64,000 nucleotides of DNA, from NCBI GenBank assembly GCA_000092065.1, contig CP000582.1; one strand, 5' to 3'. The notes beneath the pieces were generated by a model, which saw nothing but the letters and a program-made list of their open reading frames with translations, was not told the origin of the DNA and ran no database searches. This document shows, one piece after another, positions 40,100 to 51,053 of this stretch. Source of the DNA: Ostreococcus lucimarinus. Taxonomy: Eukaryota. The translations under genes were made by a program, and so were the position numbers. Numbering within the stretch: the first letter of the stretch is position 1; each line of letters begins with the position of its first letter.

Positions 40100-41179
40100 T
40101 TAATGCCGCTCAATCTCGCCGAGGATGATTTGCGTGGACGGGGAGATCTTCCGAAGCTTGTTGAAGACCCAGTACTTGAAACCGATGTCGAGCGTCACGG
40201 GGACGACGGCGACAAAGATGCGAACCGCCATCTCAAACTTGTGGAAATCGAGACCGTAGTGGGTGATGATGCACGCTAAGAAGGCTTGCCAGCCGTCGGA
40301 GGAATGGTAGCCGACGACCATGTCGGCGCCGAGCATGAGAATGAAGGCTTGAGTGGCGGCGTCGAGGCCGATGAATTCGTCGCTGATGTCCCCGAGTAGG
40401 CGAGAAATGTTGGACTTTTGAAGCGTGACGATGGTAACCGTCATGGTGATGAAGATGAGTGATCCTATGACGTTTCCGGTGGCTAAGAAAGACTTTTTCT
40501 TTTCGATGTCTTCCAATCGTCGCGCTTCTTCGAGCAACAATCCCCGTTCGACGTCGGCGTGCAAACGCGGCGCCCCGCTGATGATTCTGTCGTAGTACAA
40601 ACGTTCCTCAAACTTTTGTATCCCTTGCGCCACGTTTTGCCTCTGCTGCAAATTCAACGACGCATTAAACGCTCCCCAATGCGCCCCCAACCAAGGGGTG
40701 ACGATCGCGCTCTTCACGCTCTGCGCGCACACGAACGGCGTGACGAAGAGCACTAAAAACGCCCGCCACATGCTATTCATCAAACGCCACCACCGCAGTC
40801 GTTCTTCCTCCACCGCGTCCTCGTCGTTATCGTCGAATATATTCTTAAGCGCCAACTCGAGCGCAGATTTTTTCTGCGCAGACTTTCCGTTCGCCGTCCC
40901 GTTCGCTTTCAGGCGCGGCTTTCGCGGCGCGCCGTCGCCGTCCGCTTTGCTTCGAGAAGCTCGCGCGCTCGCGCCGACGCCGTCGTCGGACGCGCGCGTG
41001 ACCGTGAACGTCGCGCGGTCGCACCGCGCGCGTCGCGTGAGCGCGGCGCAGTTAGCGCGTGGACCGACATCTTTCGTCGCGAGCGGTGGTGTCGTCACCG
41101 AAACGCGCGACGACGACGACGGCGCCACGGTGCGCGCCACGCGCGCGGCGCGCGGTGGAAGCGCGGGCGCGAATGACAT
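40100..41179 (-). CDS. CemA/PxcA-like envelope membrane protein (nuclear-encoded Ycf10 homolog, DLDG1/FLAP1-like)
   Basis: The C-terminus VVPVTLDIGFKYWVFNKLRKISPSTQIILGEIERH matches the CemA C-terminus (..[30 protein letters not shown]..). It is a multi-TM protein with an S/T/R-rich presequence. Confidence 0.55.
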   Translation of the reverse strand: MSFAPALPPRAARVARTVAPSSSSRVSVTTPPLATKDVGPRANCAALTRRARCDRATFTVTRASDDGVGASARASRSKADGDGAPRKPRLKANGTANGKSAQKKSALELALKNIFDDNDEDAVEEERLRWWRLMNSMWRAFLVLFVTPFVCAQSVKSAIVTPWLGAHWGAFNASLNLQQRQNVAQGIQKFEERLYYDRIISGAPRLHADVERGLLLEEARRLEDIEKKKSFLATGNVIGSLIFITMTVTIVTLQKSNISRLLGDISDEFIGLDAATQAFILMLGADMVVGYHSSDGWQAFLACIITHYGLDFHKFEMAVRIFVAVVPVTLDIGFKYWVFNKLRKISPSTQIILGEIERH

Positions 41180-41395
41180 CGCGCGCGCTCGCCCGCGTGC
41201 GCGCGAACGCGCGCGCGAGCGCGGTCGGAACGCGCGTGGCAGTGCGGCGCGTGGGGGCCCGGCGCCGAGGACCACGGCGCGGGCCGCGGCGGAAACGCTT
41301 TGGAATGTGTTCTCGATTTACAACGATAGCGGTGCGACTGATAGCGGTGCGTGGTGACTGTACAAATATTCTAGTAGACATCGTCGGGACGTTGC

Positions 41396-42634
41396 TCACG
41401 CGTCCGTCTTATCGGCGAGGCGAGACGCAAACGTCTCGAAATCTTCCGGTGGGTCGCGGCTGAAATCCAACGCCTCGCCCGATTGCGGATGAGTGAATCC
41501 AAGCGTGCGAGCGTGCAACATCGGTCGATCGATGGTGGACATCAACGCCTTGGCTTCTTTGACGTCGAAGACGCCGTAACGCGAGAGAGCGCTCACCGCG
41601 GCGCCGCCGCCGCCGCCGTACGTATCGTCACCGAGTATTGGATGCCCGATGTGCTTCGCGTGCACGCGTATTTGGTGTGTTCGACCGGTTTCTAAGCGCC
41701 ATTCCACTAATGACGCGTTTCCGTTCGCTAAAGTGGCGATCACTTCGTAGTTGCTCGCCGCGAAACGGCCGCCGCCCTGCGTCACCGCCATGCGAAGTCT
41801 ATCGCGAGGATCTCGCCCGATCGGTGCCTCTATTCGACCTTTACTCGGACTCGGTACCCCACTTAAAATAGCCACGTACTTCCGACGCACCACTCTCGCC
41901 GCGAATTGCTCGCATAACGAATTATGCGCCGACGCGTCCTTCGCCACGACCATCACGCCGCTCGTGCCCTTGTCCAATCTGTGCACGATTCCCGGTCGAA
42001 TCATCCCATCTCTCGCCCCCTCATCCTCATCGACGGCGTCTTCATCGTCTTCATCGTCATCGCTCAGCGCCTGATTCCCGGTCGGAACGACGAGTTCGGG
42101 TAAATCGCAGTGCCCCAACACTGCGTTTACGAGCGTTCCGCTCTCGTGCCCCGCGCTCGGATGCGTCACCATTCCCGCCGCTTTATTCACCACCAGCACG
42201 CTCTCGTCCTCGTGTACGATATCTAATTTCACCCAAGGCTCTGGTTTCGCCTCACTCGCGCGTTCACGCTCGAGTTCGCCCTCGATGACGTCTCCCGGCT
42301 TGAGCGCGCGCGACGGTTTCGACGCCGTCTTCCCATTCAGCGTCACCATTCGCGCCTTGATCGCCGCCGCGACCCGCCCTCGCGACGCGCTCGCGTCTGG
42401 CACGTTCGCCGCGACGTACGCGTCCAAACGAGACGGCTCGACGACCGCTCGATCGCGCGCCACCGTCAGCGCAAACTTGACGCCGCCGCCGCGCGCACCG
42501 TCGTCGTCGCTCGTCGCCGCGCCGCGCGTCCGCGACGGCGCGCGCGCGCCGCGACGCGACGCGCGAGACTTGACTCCGTCCCGGTGCGCGCGCGCGCCCG
42601 CGCGCGCGAGCGCGCGCGCGACGACGCGCTGCAT
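41396..42634 (-). CDS. RluA-family pseudouridine synthase (RluD-like) with S4 domain
   Basis: The catalytic HRLDKGTSGVMVVAKD is present, with an S4-like region and an N-terminal presequence. Confidence 0.85.
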   Translation of the reverse strand: MQRVVARALARAGARAHRDGVKSRASRRGARAPSRTRGAATSDDDGARGGGVKFALTVARDRAVVEPSRLDAYVAANVPDASASRGRVAAAIKARMVTLNGKTASKPSRALKPGDVIEGELERERASEAKPEPWVKLDIVHEDESVLVVNKAAGMVTHPSAGHESGTLVNAVLGHCDLPELVVPTGNQALSDDDEDDEDAVDEDEGARDGMIRPGIVHRLDKGTSGVMVVAKDASAHNSLCEQFAARVVRRKYVAILSGVPSPSKGRIEAPIGRDPRDRLRMAVTQGGGRFAASNYEVIATLANGNASLVEWRLETGRTHQIRVHAKHIGHPILGDDTYGGGGGAAVSALSRYGVFDVKEAKALMSTIDRPMLHARTLGFTHPQSGEALDFSRDPPEDFETFASRLADKTDA

Positions 42635-42719
42635 CGACGACGACGACGACGACGACGACGGGTGCCGAAGTGCCGACCGCACTCACCGCCGCGCGCGACG
42701 CCTCCGAGCGCGACCGAGG

Positions 42720-43739
42720 ATGTCCGCCGAGGACGCGATCGAAAAGACCCCGGTGACGATCGTCACCGGTTTCCTCGGCGCCGGGAAGACGACGCTCGTC
42801 AATCACATCTTGCGCGGACAGCACGGGTTGCAGATCGCCGTCATCGAGAATGAATTCGGCGCCGTGTCCATCGATGACGCGCTGGTCTCCGAAAATATCA
42901 AGGAGAAAGAGGATATCATAAGCATGGATAACGGATGCGTGTGCTGCACGGTGCGCGGGGACTTGGTGCGCGCGCTGTTGACGCTGAAGGATCGGGAAAA
43001 GAAGTTTGACGCCGTAATCATCGAGACGACCGGGCTCGCCGATCCGGCGCCGGTGGCGTTCACGTTCTTCATTAATCCGGAGATCGCGGAACATTATCGC
43101 ATCGATAGCATTCTGTGCCTGGCGGACGCGAAGCACGTGGCGATGCACATGGAGGAGGAGAAGCCGGATGGGGCGGTGAACGAGGCGGTGCAGCAGGTGG
43201 CGTTCGCGGATCGAATCTTGTTGAATAAGATTGATTTAGTGAACGAGGAAGAGATCGCGACGCTGGAGAAGACGATACGATCGGTGAACGCGAGCGCGGA
43301 CGTGATCAAGACGCAGAATTCGGTGGTCGATTTGGGCGTCGTGTTGGGCGTGAACTCGTTTAGCCTGGAAAAGACGCTCGAGACCGATCCGAGCTTTTTG
43401 GACGAGAACAAGGAGAACAAACACAACCTCACGGGGGTGTCGTCGGTCGGGATCGCGGTCGAAGGCGAGCTCGACTTCGCGGCGATGAACGAGTTTATGA
43501 TGAACTTGTTGCAAGCTAACGCGACGAACATGTACCGATCGAAGGGCGTGTTGTGCTTCGAGGGTCAAGGCGACGCCAAGTTTGTGTTTCAAGGCGTTCA
43601 CGAACAGATCAACTTCGGTCCGTCCGCGTCGACGTGGGCCGAGGGCGAACCACGCGTGAACCGCATGGTGTTCATCGGGCGCAACCTGGACCGCAAGGCT
43701 CTCGAAGCTGGTTTCCGAGGATGTTTGGCGACCAAGTAG
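42720..43739 (+). CDS. CobW/COG0523-family GTPase (zinc metallochaperone-like)
   Basis: P-loop VTIVTGFLGAGKTTLVNHIL, the CxCC metal motif GCVCCTVRGD and a C-terminal CobW_C domain are present. It is divergent from the RluD gene, with an 85-bp spacer. Confidence 0.85.
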   Translation: MSAEDAIEKTPVTIVTGFLGAGKTTLVNHILRGQHGLQIAVIENEFGAVSIDDALVSENIKEKEDIISMDNGCVCCTVRGDLVRALLTLKDREKKFDAVIIETTGLADPAPVAFTFFINPEIAEHYRIDSILCLADAKHVAMHMEEEKPDGAVNEAVQQVAFADRILLNKIDLVNEEEIATLEKTIRSVNASADVIKTQNSVVDLGVVLGVNSFSLEKTLETDPSFLDENKENKHNLTGVSSVGIAVEGELDFAAMNEFMMNLLQANATNMYRSKGVLCFEGQGDAKFVFQGVHEQINFGPSASTWAEGEPRVNRMVFIGRNLDRKALEAGFRGCLATK

Positions 43740-44096
43740 AGCGACGACACACATTTCGCATATTTTTCAAAGTCTCCGAACGCGGGTCGAAGGGCGCGAT
43801 GAATCAGGAGGTGAATCTAACTTTCATAAATGCACGACATCATAAGGATCGAACGAACGAACGAACGACGAAAGGAAATTTTAATACATTACAACCGTTG
43901 CTTAGCGCGCGCTCGATCTCGGCTCGTCTCGGCGCCGCGCCGCGGGAAAGCACGTCACTTCGCACCTCGTGAGACGCCGTCGTCGATCGACGCGCGCATC
44001 TTGAAACGCATACTCCGGCGTATTTAGTCGCGCTCGAAACGCCCCGTTCGCTCGTTCGTCCGGTCTTATTCTACCTTCTCGTCGCGCGCTCAAACC

Positions 44097-45824
44097 ATGC
44101 CCCGGCGCCGAGTTGGCTTTCTCGCCGTGGCGTTGGCTTTCTCGGCGAGCATCGCATCCCGCGCGCATGCGCGCGCGCTCGAGGCGTTGGCTTCGTCAAC
44201 TTGCGTGTCCTGCGCTTGGTCATCGGCGCTCGAGAGCATGGACGTCGCTGCGCCGAGAGATGTGCTGGACGCGGTGAAACGCGCCGAACGAGAATTGGCG
44301 GCGTGCGGCCTCGGCGGCTTTCTTGACCGCCTCTTTGAGCTCGGAGGTGCGAACGTGTCGATGGATGTAGCCCATGCGTACACTGCGAGTCAGGAGTTCT
44401 GCTCTGGGACATCCGAAATCCAAAAGGAGATGCGCACGAGGGCGTTGGTGGCGGCGAAACGGGCTAGAATTCTCATCGACTTTATAGCCCTGCATGCGCG
44501 GGCCTGTTCCGCACCCATCTTCAAGCTTTCGAGAGAGGACGACGCGAGTGCGGTTGAGTTATTGCGTGAGATGATGAGTGAGTCATATCGCGTTATTTCT
44601 TCCGGGCTGTGCTACGAGGACACAACGAGGTTAACGTCGTCGATCCAGGGCGTGATCGACACGAGACGCCTCGCGCAAAGCGCCAGACGGTCGCTTCTAG
44701 AAGATCTCGATCGCTCGGGGTTGAGGTACATGGAGGACGCGTTCTACAACGAAACAGTCGCGCGAGATATGATATCGGCTTTTGCGGCGTACGATATCTG
44801 CCGGAGCACTGGGAGATGGAAGTCGACGGTGTCGGACAGCATGTTTGACGCGATGCGAGCGCATTACACGAGCCTAGATTTCATATTGACAGGCTTGAGC
44901 GGTGTGGAGTCGAACAACACCAGTGGCGCTCGCACTTTTGCGTTTCTGGTCAACGCAGCGTACGATGTGTTGAGAAGTGCCGAGGCTTGTCGAGAAGCGA
45001 AAAACATACTACCTGGGCGGTACTTCGTTTCGAATGTATTCGATGCCATCATGGCGGAGCTCTCGCTCGAATGCGGCTTGCTCTCGACTGGATTACACTT
45101 TCTCGATGTGTACAGTCGCGGACACGGAAGTTTACTTCTATCTTTGGAGATTAATGAGATATCTCGTCACATCGCGCTCTGCGAAGCCGGAAACACGACG
45201 GCAAAGACTTCGATGTTTGGCCTGAACGAGCGCGCGCTGGTGGAGCTGATCGGCGGGTTGGAAATCATCGACGCGTCCATGGTGGGATGCCGTCGAGGCC
45301 GCGACGATAGCACGGCGGCCAGCAGGCTCGCGCAATCGTTGCTACACGCGCTTAGGACATTTCGCGAACGACGTTGTTTCTTCACCGCCACCACTGGAGA
45401 AGCGTCCGTCGCGGCGGCGGTGTCCATTCCAGAGTATTCCGCGTTTTATTCGGCAACGCCGACGAACGAGGTCATCAAGGTACACGCCAAGCCCACGCTC
45501 GCGTCGGCGATTCTTTCCGCCACGATGACGACTGTTTTTGTCTTCTTGGTGGCATTTCTGCTGGCGATCGCCTACTGGACGTTCCCACGCGCGAAACTCA
45601 GACGGAATTCCAGCAGACGATACGAGCATTTTACATTCGCCGCCGTCGACGAGAACAAGGCGGCCCGCCAATCCACGAGCGACCGCCACCCCCCGGGATC
45701 TCTCGAGCGCTTACAACGAACGACGACGACTCCAACGCGAACGCGCAGAAGATCGTTCTGCGCCAGCGAAACGTCCACCGTCGCACGGACGAAATCGCTC
45801 GATCCGTATCTTCACTTTTCGTGA
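44097..45824 (+). CDS. Hypothetical type-I membrane glycoprotein with signal peptide, Cys-rich ectodomain and C-terminal TM
   Basis: A real ATG; MPRRRVGFLAVALAFSASIASRA is a signal peptide. Many Cys and N-x-S/T sites follow, then the TM helix TMTTVFVFLVAFLLAIAYW and a basic tail. There is no recognizable domain, and GC is lower (~52%) than in its neighbours. Confidence 0.45.
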   Translation: MPRRRVGFLAVALAFSASIASRAHARALEALASSTCVSCAWSSALESMDVAAPRDVLDAVKRAERELAACGLGGFLDRLFELGGANVSMDVAHAYTASQEFCSGTSEIQKEMRTRALVAAKRARILIDFIALHARACSAPIFKLSREDDASAVELLREMMSESYRVISSGLCYEDTTRLTSSIQGVIDTRRLAQSARRSLLEDLDRSGLRYMEDAFYNETVARDMISAFAAYDICRSTGRWKSTVSDSMFDAMRAHYTSLDFILTGLSGVESNNTSGARTFAFLVNAAYDVLRSAEACREAKNILPGRYFVSNVFDAIMAELSLECGLLSTGLHFLDVYSRGHGSLLLSLEINEISRHIALCEAGNTTAKTSMFGLNERALVELIGGLEIIDASMVGCRRGRDDSTAASRLAQSLLHALRTFRERRCFFTATTGEASVAAAVSIPEYSAFYSATPTNEVIKVHAKPTLASAILSATMTTVFVFLVAFLLAIAYWTFPRAKLRRNSSRRYEHFTFAAVDENKAARQSTSDRHPPGSLERLQRTTTTPTRTRRRSFCASETSTVARTKSLDPYLHFS

Positions 45825-46189
45825 CGGCCCGACGCCGCCAACCTCGACTCGTCTTTACCGCACGCCTCAAGATTCAATCGACGCATCTCTATCGCACGCC
45901 TCAAGATTCAATCGATCGTTCACCACTTTTCAACGCCTCCAATCGCTCTTTATTCCTCTTCGCCAGTCTTCGCAGCGCCGTCTCGCGTTCGCGTTCGCTC
46001 AGCGCGGTCCAGTTGCTGATTCTACTCATCGTCCCATCCACGCCGACGACGATCGGTCCTAAACCATCGAGCGCGACGCGCGCGCCCGTTTGCACGTCCA
46101 GCTTCGTCGCATCGGCGTCGTTCGCGCTCGGAGCCGCGAGCGCCGGTGGCGCGTCGTCGGCGCCAGCCATCGTCAGAGCGCGTCGCGCA

Positions 46190-48940
46190 ATGGACGGTCG
46201 ACCGTCCTCGTTCGACGCTCTCGCGGCGCGACGGCGCGACGCGATCGACGCGGCGTCGTCGTCGAGCGCGCGCGCGGGCGCGGCGGCGCCGAGCGCGGGC
46301 GAGGACGACGCGGCGACCGCGCGAACGTCGACGCTCGGTGATGTCTTGCGGTTGCCGCGCGCGAGCGACGACGCGGACGCGCGCGTCGTCGAGCGCGCGT
46401 TCGGGGGAGCGTCGAGACGACAGAGGGAGGAGATGAGCGCGCGCGCGCGCGCGCGAGCGCCGATGCGGTTCAGGGTGGGGACGACGATGGGACGCGCGGA
46501 CGCGACGTTTGAGTGCGCGCGCGCGGACGCCTGGGAATGCGCGACGGTCGCGCGCGATGGCGACGGACGGATGGATGATGGCTATGATGGATGGATTAAA
46601 GGCGATGGGATCGGTCCGAGGGTCGGGCGCGCGCTGTGGGCGCGGCGAGCGGACGCGAACGCGTTCGCCGCGGCGTTGTGCTTGCAAGTGGCGTTTCCAG
46701 AGACCATGACGAAAGTCAATGGATTCGGCGCGGCGTTGGGCTTGGTGAGAATGACGTTGAAGAACACCGAGCAGGCGCCAAGTCTGGGACCGTTGGACGC
46801 GCCCGTGGTCGCGAGAGCGACGCGGGTGGCGTTGGCGACGAGAGCGTTGACGACGAGCGCGAGGATGTTGTGTCCAACGCTACACGCTCACGCCACCGCC
46901 GCGTCGGCGTTAATGAGCGTCAAGGTGTTGTTTAAGCAGCCTCCTTTGCGTGCGGGCATCGCACGGGCGATCAAAGGGACGAAAGGTGAGATGAGCGAGG
47001 CGGAGCGAATAGCGCTGTGGCACACGCGATATCGCTGGGCGGCGCTTCGATTGGTGAAACACATCCCGAGTGACCCCGTGCGCGCGATCGACACGGCTCC
47101 GCTCATGGGATTGATGGCTTTCGTGCAAGGCGTGTCAATGCGTGTTGGAAGCATGAACCTCTCGGAGGGTGGCCCAAACGGCTCGTTCTCGATGAGCTTC
47201 CCGGCGTCTTGGAATCAAGCCAAACGAGCGAAAAGGAAGAGTGCGTTTGGCTCGAAGCGCGCGATTGCGGCTGAAGCGAAAATCCATCCCATTGATATCC
47301 TCAATATCGCGCAGATATCCATGCGTGGTGCGCGAGGACAACGTCGCATCGCGGCGCCGGAACGAGAGGCAGATGCTTTGGAGCACTCGCCGCCAGCCGC
47401 GGAGGAAGGCGCCGGTAGCTCTTCCGATGTCTATACCGGCGGTGACGTCTCAGAGGATCGAAACGTCGACATCGTGGACGACGATGCGAACATTTGGCAG
47501 GACAGGCAACTCGCCACCGCGTCTTGGGCTACTCAAGGTTTTTCCATCGCTCTTTTAATTCGCGCGACGTACCTGTTTGTCACGTGGCTCCCCGTGCTCA
47601 CGTTTGCCGTACCTTTGTTACTTCTGAGCCAGGGTGCACCTGGACCGTTGAGCGCGAGCATGCGAAAGCGCGCGTGGGCCACCATGCACAGCGCGATTGC
47701 ACTGTGCGGTGCGGCGTTCATCAAGTGGGCGCAGTGGGCGAGCACGCGTGAGGACGTCTTCCCGAAGGACCTGTGTCATCAGCTCGAACAACTTCATGAC
47801 GATGCCCCACAGCACTCGTACGGGCAAACGTTACGTATTTTGGCGAACGAGTTTGGTTTTGATCCGAGATTGGTTTTTGCGCAGTTTCCACGGAAGCCCA
47901 TGGCGTCGGGTTCGGTTGCTCAAGTGTACAAGGCGCGTTTGCGCAAGGAAGTCGCCGCGGTGTGCTCGGCGCTCGCTCAACCTCGCAAGCTCGATTTGAA
48001 CGAGGATGGCACCATGGACGTCGCGGTGAAAGTGCGGCATCCCAACGTGGCGAAACGAATTTTTCTGGATTTTCAAATCTTGCGCGCGATAGCGGGGATT
48101 GCAGACGCGTTACCCGCGCTGAAGGGTATGCAGCTGAAGAATACGCTCGGACAGTTCAGTCACACCATGACGGCGCAGACAGACTTACGCAACGAGGCCG
48201 ATCACTTGTTGAAATTTACGCACAACATGAAGAGTGAGGTGCAGATACGAGCACCCCGCCCTGTGCCAGGTTTCGTCACGGAGGCAGTGCTGGTGGAGAC
48301 CTTTGTCAAGGGCGACGGGTTGGGCAGCGCCATCAAACATAAAACTTCTCGAAACTCTGAGCTTTGCTCACTTGGCGTTCACGCATACTTGCTCATGCTT
48401 CTACGCGACAACTTCATCCACCAAGATTTACATCCAGGAAATATTCTGTACAGCGTCGAGAACGGCCAGTCGAGTGTCGACTCAGAAACAGCGGGGATCG
48501 TGAAACTTGAGTTGATTGATTTCGGCATCGCAGACGAACTCCCGAAAGCCGTGAGGAATAAGTTTCTCGGATTTTTGTGCTTCTTACTGCGAGGCGAGGG
48601 AGAAAAGGCGGCCGACGTCGCACTGACGTGGGATGCCAAACAAACGTGCACCGATCGCGTGGCGCTTCGGCGTGACATGGCGCGACTCGTTTCGAGCCAA
48701 GGAGACGTGTACACGCAGCGCGTCGATTTGGATGGACTGTTGAAGGAGATCATGCAGCTTTTCCGCAAGCACGGCGTGAGCATCGACGGCATATATGCCT
48801 CGCTCGTCGTATCTCTCTGCGTTTTGGTGGGATTCGCGACGAGCCTCGACCCAGAAATCAATTTGTTCGAAGTCGCCGCGCCATCCGTCATGGCGTTCGC
48901 GCTCACCGGAGACGTCGTCGGGCGTTTGTTCAAAGGCTGA
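46190..48940 (+). CDS. ABC1/ADCK (UbiB-family) atypical protein kinase with long N-terminal extension
   Basis: ASGSVAQVYKARL, VAVKVRHPNV, DLRNEADHL, HQDLHPGNILY and LIDFGIADELP are present. The start is uncertain; the first 272 aa of the listed ORF are GC-rich read-through. Confidence 0.8.
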   Translation: MDGRPSSFDALAARRRDAIDAASSSSARAGAAAPSAGEDDAATARTSTLGDVLRLPRASDDADARVVERAFGGASRRQREEMSARARARAPMRFRVGTTMGRADATFECARADAWECATVARDGDGRMDDGYDGWIKGDGIGPRVGRALWARRADANAFAAALCLQVAFPETMTKVNGFGAALGLVRMTLKNTEQAPSLGPLDAPVVARATRVALATRALTTSARMLCPTLHAHATAASALMSVKVLFKQPPLRAGIARAIKGTKGEMSEAERIALWHTRYRWAALRLVKHIPSDPVRAIDTAPLMGLMAFVQGVSMRVGSMNLSEGGPNGSFSMSFPASWNQAKRAKRKSAFGSKRAIAAEAKIHPIDILNIAQISMRGARGQRRIAAPEREADALEHSPPAAEEGAGSSSDVYTGGDVSEDRNVDIVDDDANIWQDRQLATASWATQGFSIALLIRATYLFVTWLPVLTFAVPLLLLSQGAPGPLSASMRKRAWATMHSAIALCGAAFIKWAQWASTREDVFPKDLCHQLEQLHDDAPQHSYGQTLRILANEFGFDPRLVFAQFPRKPMASGSVAQVYKARLRKEVAAVCSALAQPRKLDLNEDGTMDVAVKVRHPNVAKRIFLDFQILRAIAGIADALPALKGMQLKNTLGQFSHTMTAQTDLRNEADHLLKFTHNMKSEVQIRAPRPVPGFVTEAVLVETFVKGDGLGSAIKHKTSRNSELCSLGVHAYLLMLLRDNFIHQDLHPGNILYSVENGQSSVDSETAGIVKLELIDFGIADELPKAVRNKFLGFLCFLLRGEGEKAADVALTWDAKQTCTDRVALRRDMARLVSSQGDVYTQRVDLDGLLKEIMQLFRKHGVSIDGIYASLVVSLCVLVGFATSLDPEINLFEVAAPSVMAFALTGDVVGRLFKG

Positions 48941-49027
48941 CGATTAGATTAGTTTTAGAATAGCGCAGATTTTAATGTAGAACTTAGTAGTAGTTTGGTT
49001 TATTCGAGGACAACGTGCTGCTACGAA

Positions 49028-50557
49028 TTAAACTTCGAGCATCATTCTACGCGGGTCTTCAACAGACTCCTTAATCGACTTCAAAAATGTCACGGCTTCG
49101 CGACCGTCGACGAGGCGATGATCGTACGTCAACGCCACGTTCATCATCGGGCGCGCGACGATGGCGCGGTCGGCACCGACGCACACCGGACGCCAGACGA
49201 TTGAATGCATGCCCAAAATGGCGCTTTGCGGCGGGTTGATGATGGGAGTGCCCGTCAACGATCCAAACACGCCGCCGTTTGAAATCGTAAAAGTACCGCC
49301 CGCCATTTCGTCGATGGACAGCGTTCCATCGCGAGCCTTCTTACCGTACGACGCGATGGAGCTTTCCACGTCGGCGAAATTCATGCCTTCGCAGCTTCTC
49401 AACACCGGTACCACCAAACCCTTGGGCGCGCTCACCGCGACGGATATGTCAACGTAGTTTCTATACACGATTTCGTCGCCGTCGATGATGGCGTTCACCG
49501 AGGGCTCTTCCTGAAGCGCCTTCGCCGCCGCCTTGACAAAGGTACTCATGAAACCTAGCTTGACGCCGTGTTTTTCTAAGAATGCATCCTTGTACTCCGC
49601 GCGCATTTGCATCACGTTCGTCATGTCGATTTCGTTGAACGTGGTGAGCATCGCGTACGTGTTTTGCGAGCTCTTCAACCGCTCCGCGACGCGCAAGCGC
49701 AAGCGCGACATGGGCACGCGCGTCTCGGCGCGAGCGCCCGACGTGACTTTCGGCGCCGCCGGCGCGGGCGATGGCGCAGCGGTCGCTTTCGGCGCTTCCT
49801 TGGCCGGCGTCGCCGCGGCCATCGCCGCGGCCGCTGGCGCGGCCGAAGCTTGTTTCTCCGGCCCCGCCCCCGGAGCGAGCGTCGCCACCTTTTGACCGAC
49901 GGAGACGGTGTCGCCCTCCTTCGCGAGCACGTCCGTCACCGTCCCGCTCGTCGACGCGCGAACGTCTATGGTGACTTTATCCGTTTCAATTTGCGCGATC
50001 ACTTCGTCCATCGCCACCTTTTGACCCGGTTTCACGAGCAAAGCCGCGACGCTCCCCTCCGTGATGGAGTCGCCCATCGAAGGCACCTCAACGCTCACCG
50101 GCGCGCCGCTCGCCGCCTCCGCCTTGGGCGCCGCCGCGCCGCCCTTCCCCCCCTTTTTCCCGCCGACGCCCGGCGCGAACGCCATCACCGCTTGCCCCAC
50201 GTTCACCGTATCCCCCACCTTCGCGTCCACGCGCGTCACCGTCCCCCCGCTCGGCGCCCGCACGTCGATCGTCACCTTGTCCGTCTCGATTTGCGCCACC
50301 GTCTCATCCGTCGCCACCTCGTCCCCGACCGCCTTCGTCACGCTCGCCACCGCGCCCTCCGAGATCGAATCCCCCATCGACGGCACCGCGATCGTCTCCT
50401 CTCGCGTCGCCGTCCCGCCCTTGTGCCTTCGAATCATCGTCATCGCGTCGAATCCTCCGTCGCCGATCATCGCGCGCGCGCGCGCCCTCGTCGTCGCGTT
50501 CGCCGTCTCCGTCTCGTTCGCGCCGTCGCGCGTCGTTCCCGTCGTCGCGCGTCCCAT
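49028..50557 (-). CDS. Dihydrolipoyllysine-residue succinyltransferase (2-oxoglutarate dehydrogenase E2) with two lipoyl domains
   Basis: Two [11 protein letters not shown] lipoyl-lysine motifs are followed by a catalytic domain ending [32 protein letters not shown], which is SucB-like. The ATG is real and there is an N-terminal presequence. Confidence 0.85.
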   Translation of the reverse strand: MGRATTGTTRDGANETETANATTRARARAMIGDGGFDAMTMIRRHKGGTATREETIAVPSMGDSISEGAVASVTKAVGDEVATDETVAQIETDKVTIDVRAPSGGTVTRVDAKVGDTVNVGQAVMAFAPGVGGKKGGKGGAAAPKAEAASGAPVSVEVPSMGDSITEGSVAALLVKPGQKVAMDEVIAQIETDKVTIDVRASTSGTVTDVLAKEGDTVSVGQKVATLAPGAGPEKQASAAPAAAAMAAATPAKEAPKATAAPSPAPAAPKVTSGARAETRVPMSRLRLRVAERLKSSQNTYAMLTTFNEIDMTNVMQMRAEYKDAFLEKHGVKLGFMSTFVKAAAKALQEEPSVNAIIDGDEIVYRNYVDISVAVSAPKGLVVPVLRSCEGMNFADVESSIASYGKKARDGTLSIDEMAGGTFTISNGGVFGSLTGTPIINPPQSAILGMHSIVWRPVCVGADRAIVARPMMNVALTYDHRLVDGREAVTFLKSIKESVEDPRRMMLEV

Positions 50558-51053
50558 CGTTCGCGTCGCGTAGTGCGAGCGCTGGATACACTGGCGTCAT
50601 TCGCGCGTCGTCGATTCGTCAGTCCTCGTCGCGTCGTCGTCCGCTCGTTCGCCGAATCGCGTCGCGCGCGATCGCATCGCATTTAATCCAATCCGAATTC
50701 GAATCGAATCGCGCGCTCGAATCGCGTCGCGCGCGACGTCGCGCGTCGTCGCGCGTCGATCGTTCGCGCCCTCGCGTCGCGTCGCGCGCGCACCGTTCGA
50801 CGCGCGATCGCGTCGCGCGCGATCGCGCCGAGTCGTCGTCGCATCGCGTCGCGCTTTGGCAACGGTCGAGTCGCGGACCGACGGACGGCCGGGGACGGTC
50901 CGTGTGTCGCCTTCGCGGCGCCGCGTTCGGCGACGGCGCGTCGGCAAAACGCGCGGGACTCGACGACGACACAGGGCGTCGACTCGAGTCGCACCGCAAA
51001 GGCGCGCAGTGGTGCGACTCGTAACGCGACGGCGCCGCGAAGGCGCGAGAGAG

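Noticed and set aside
43790-43860. (GAAC)4 and other short repeats in the CobW/membrane-protein spacer as a regulatory element
   Set aside because: Too short and generic. Probably part of 3' UTR or promoter sequence with no specific support.
50558-51053. GC-rich repeats (atcgcgtcgcgcgcga x3, the palindrome gtcgactcgagtcgcac) upstream of the hAT gene as possible 5' terminal inverted or subterminal repeats
   Set aside because: The motifs do not match the 3' 10-mer array and look like the generic cgcgtcgcg repeats found in every divergent spacer of this window. They are reported only as a possibility inside the hAT finding.
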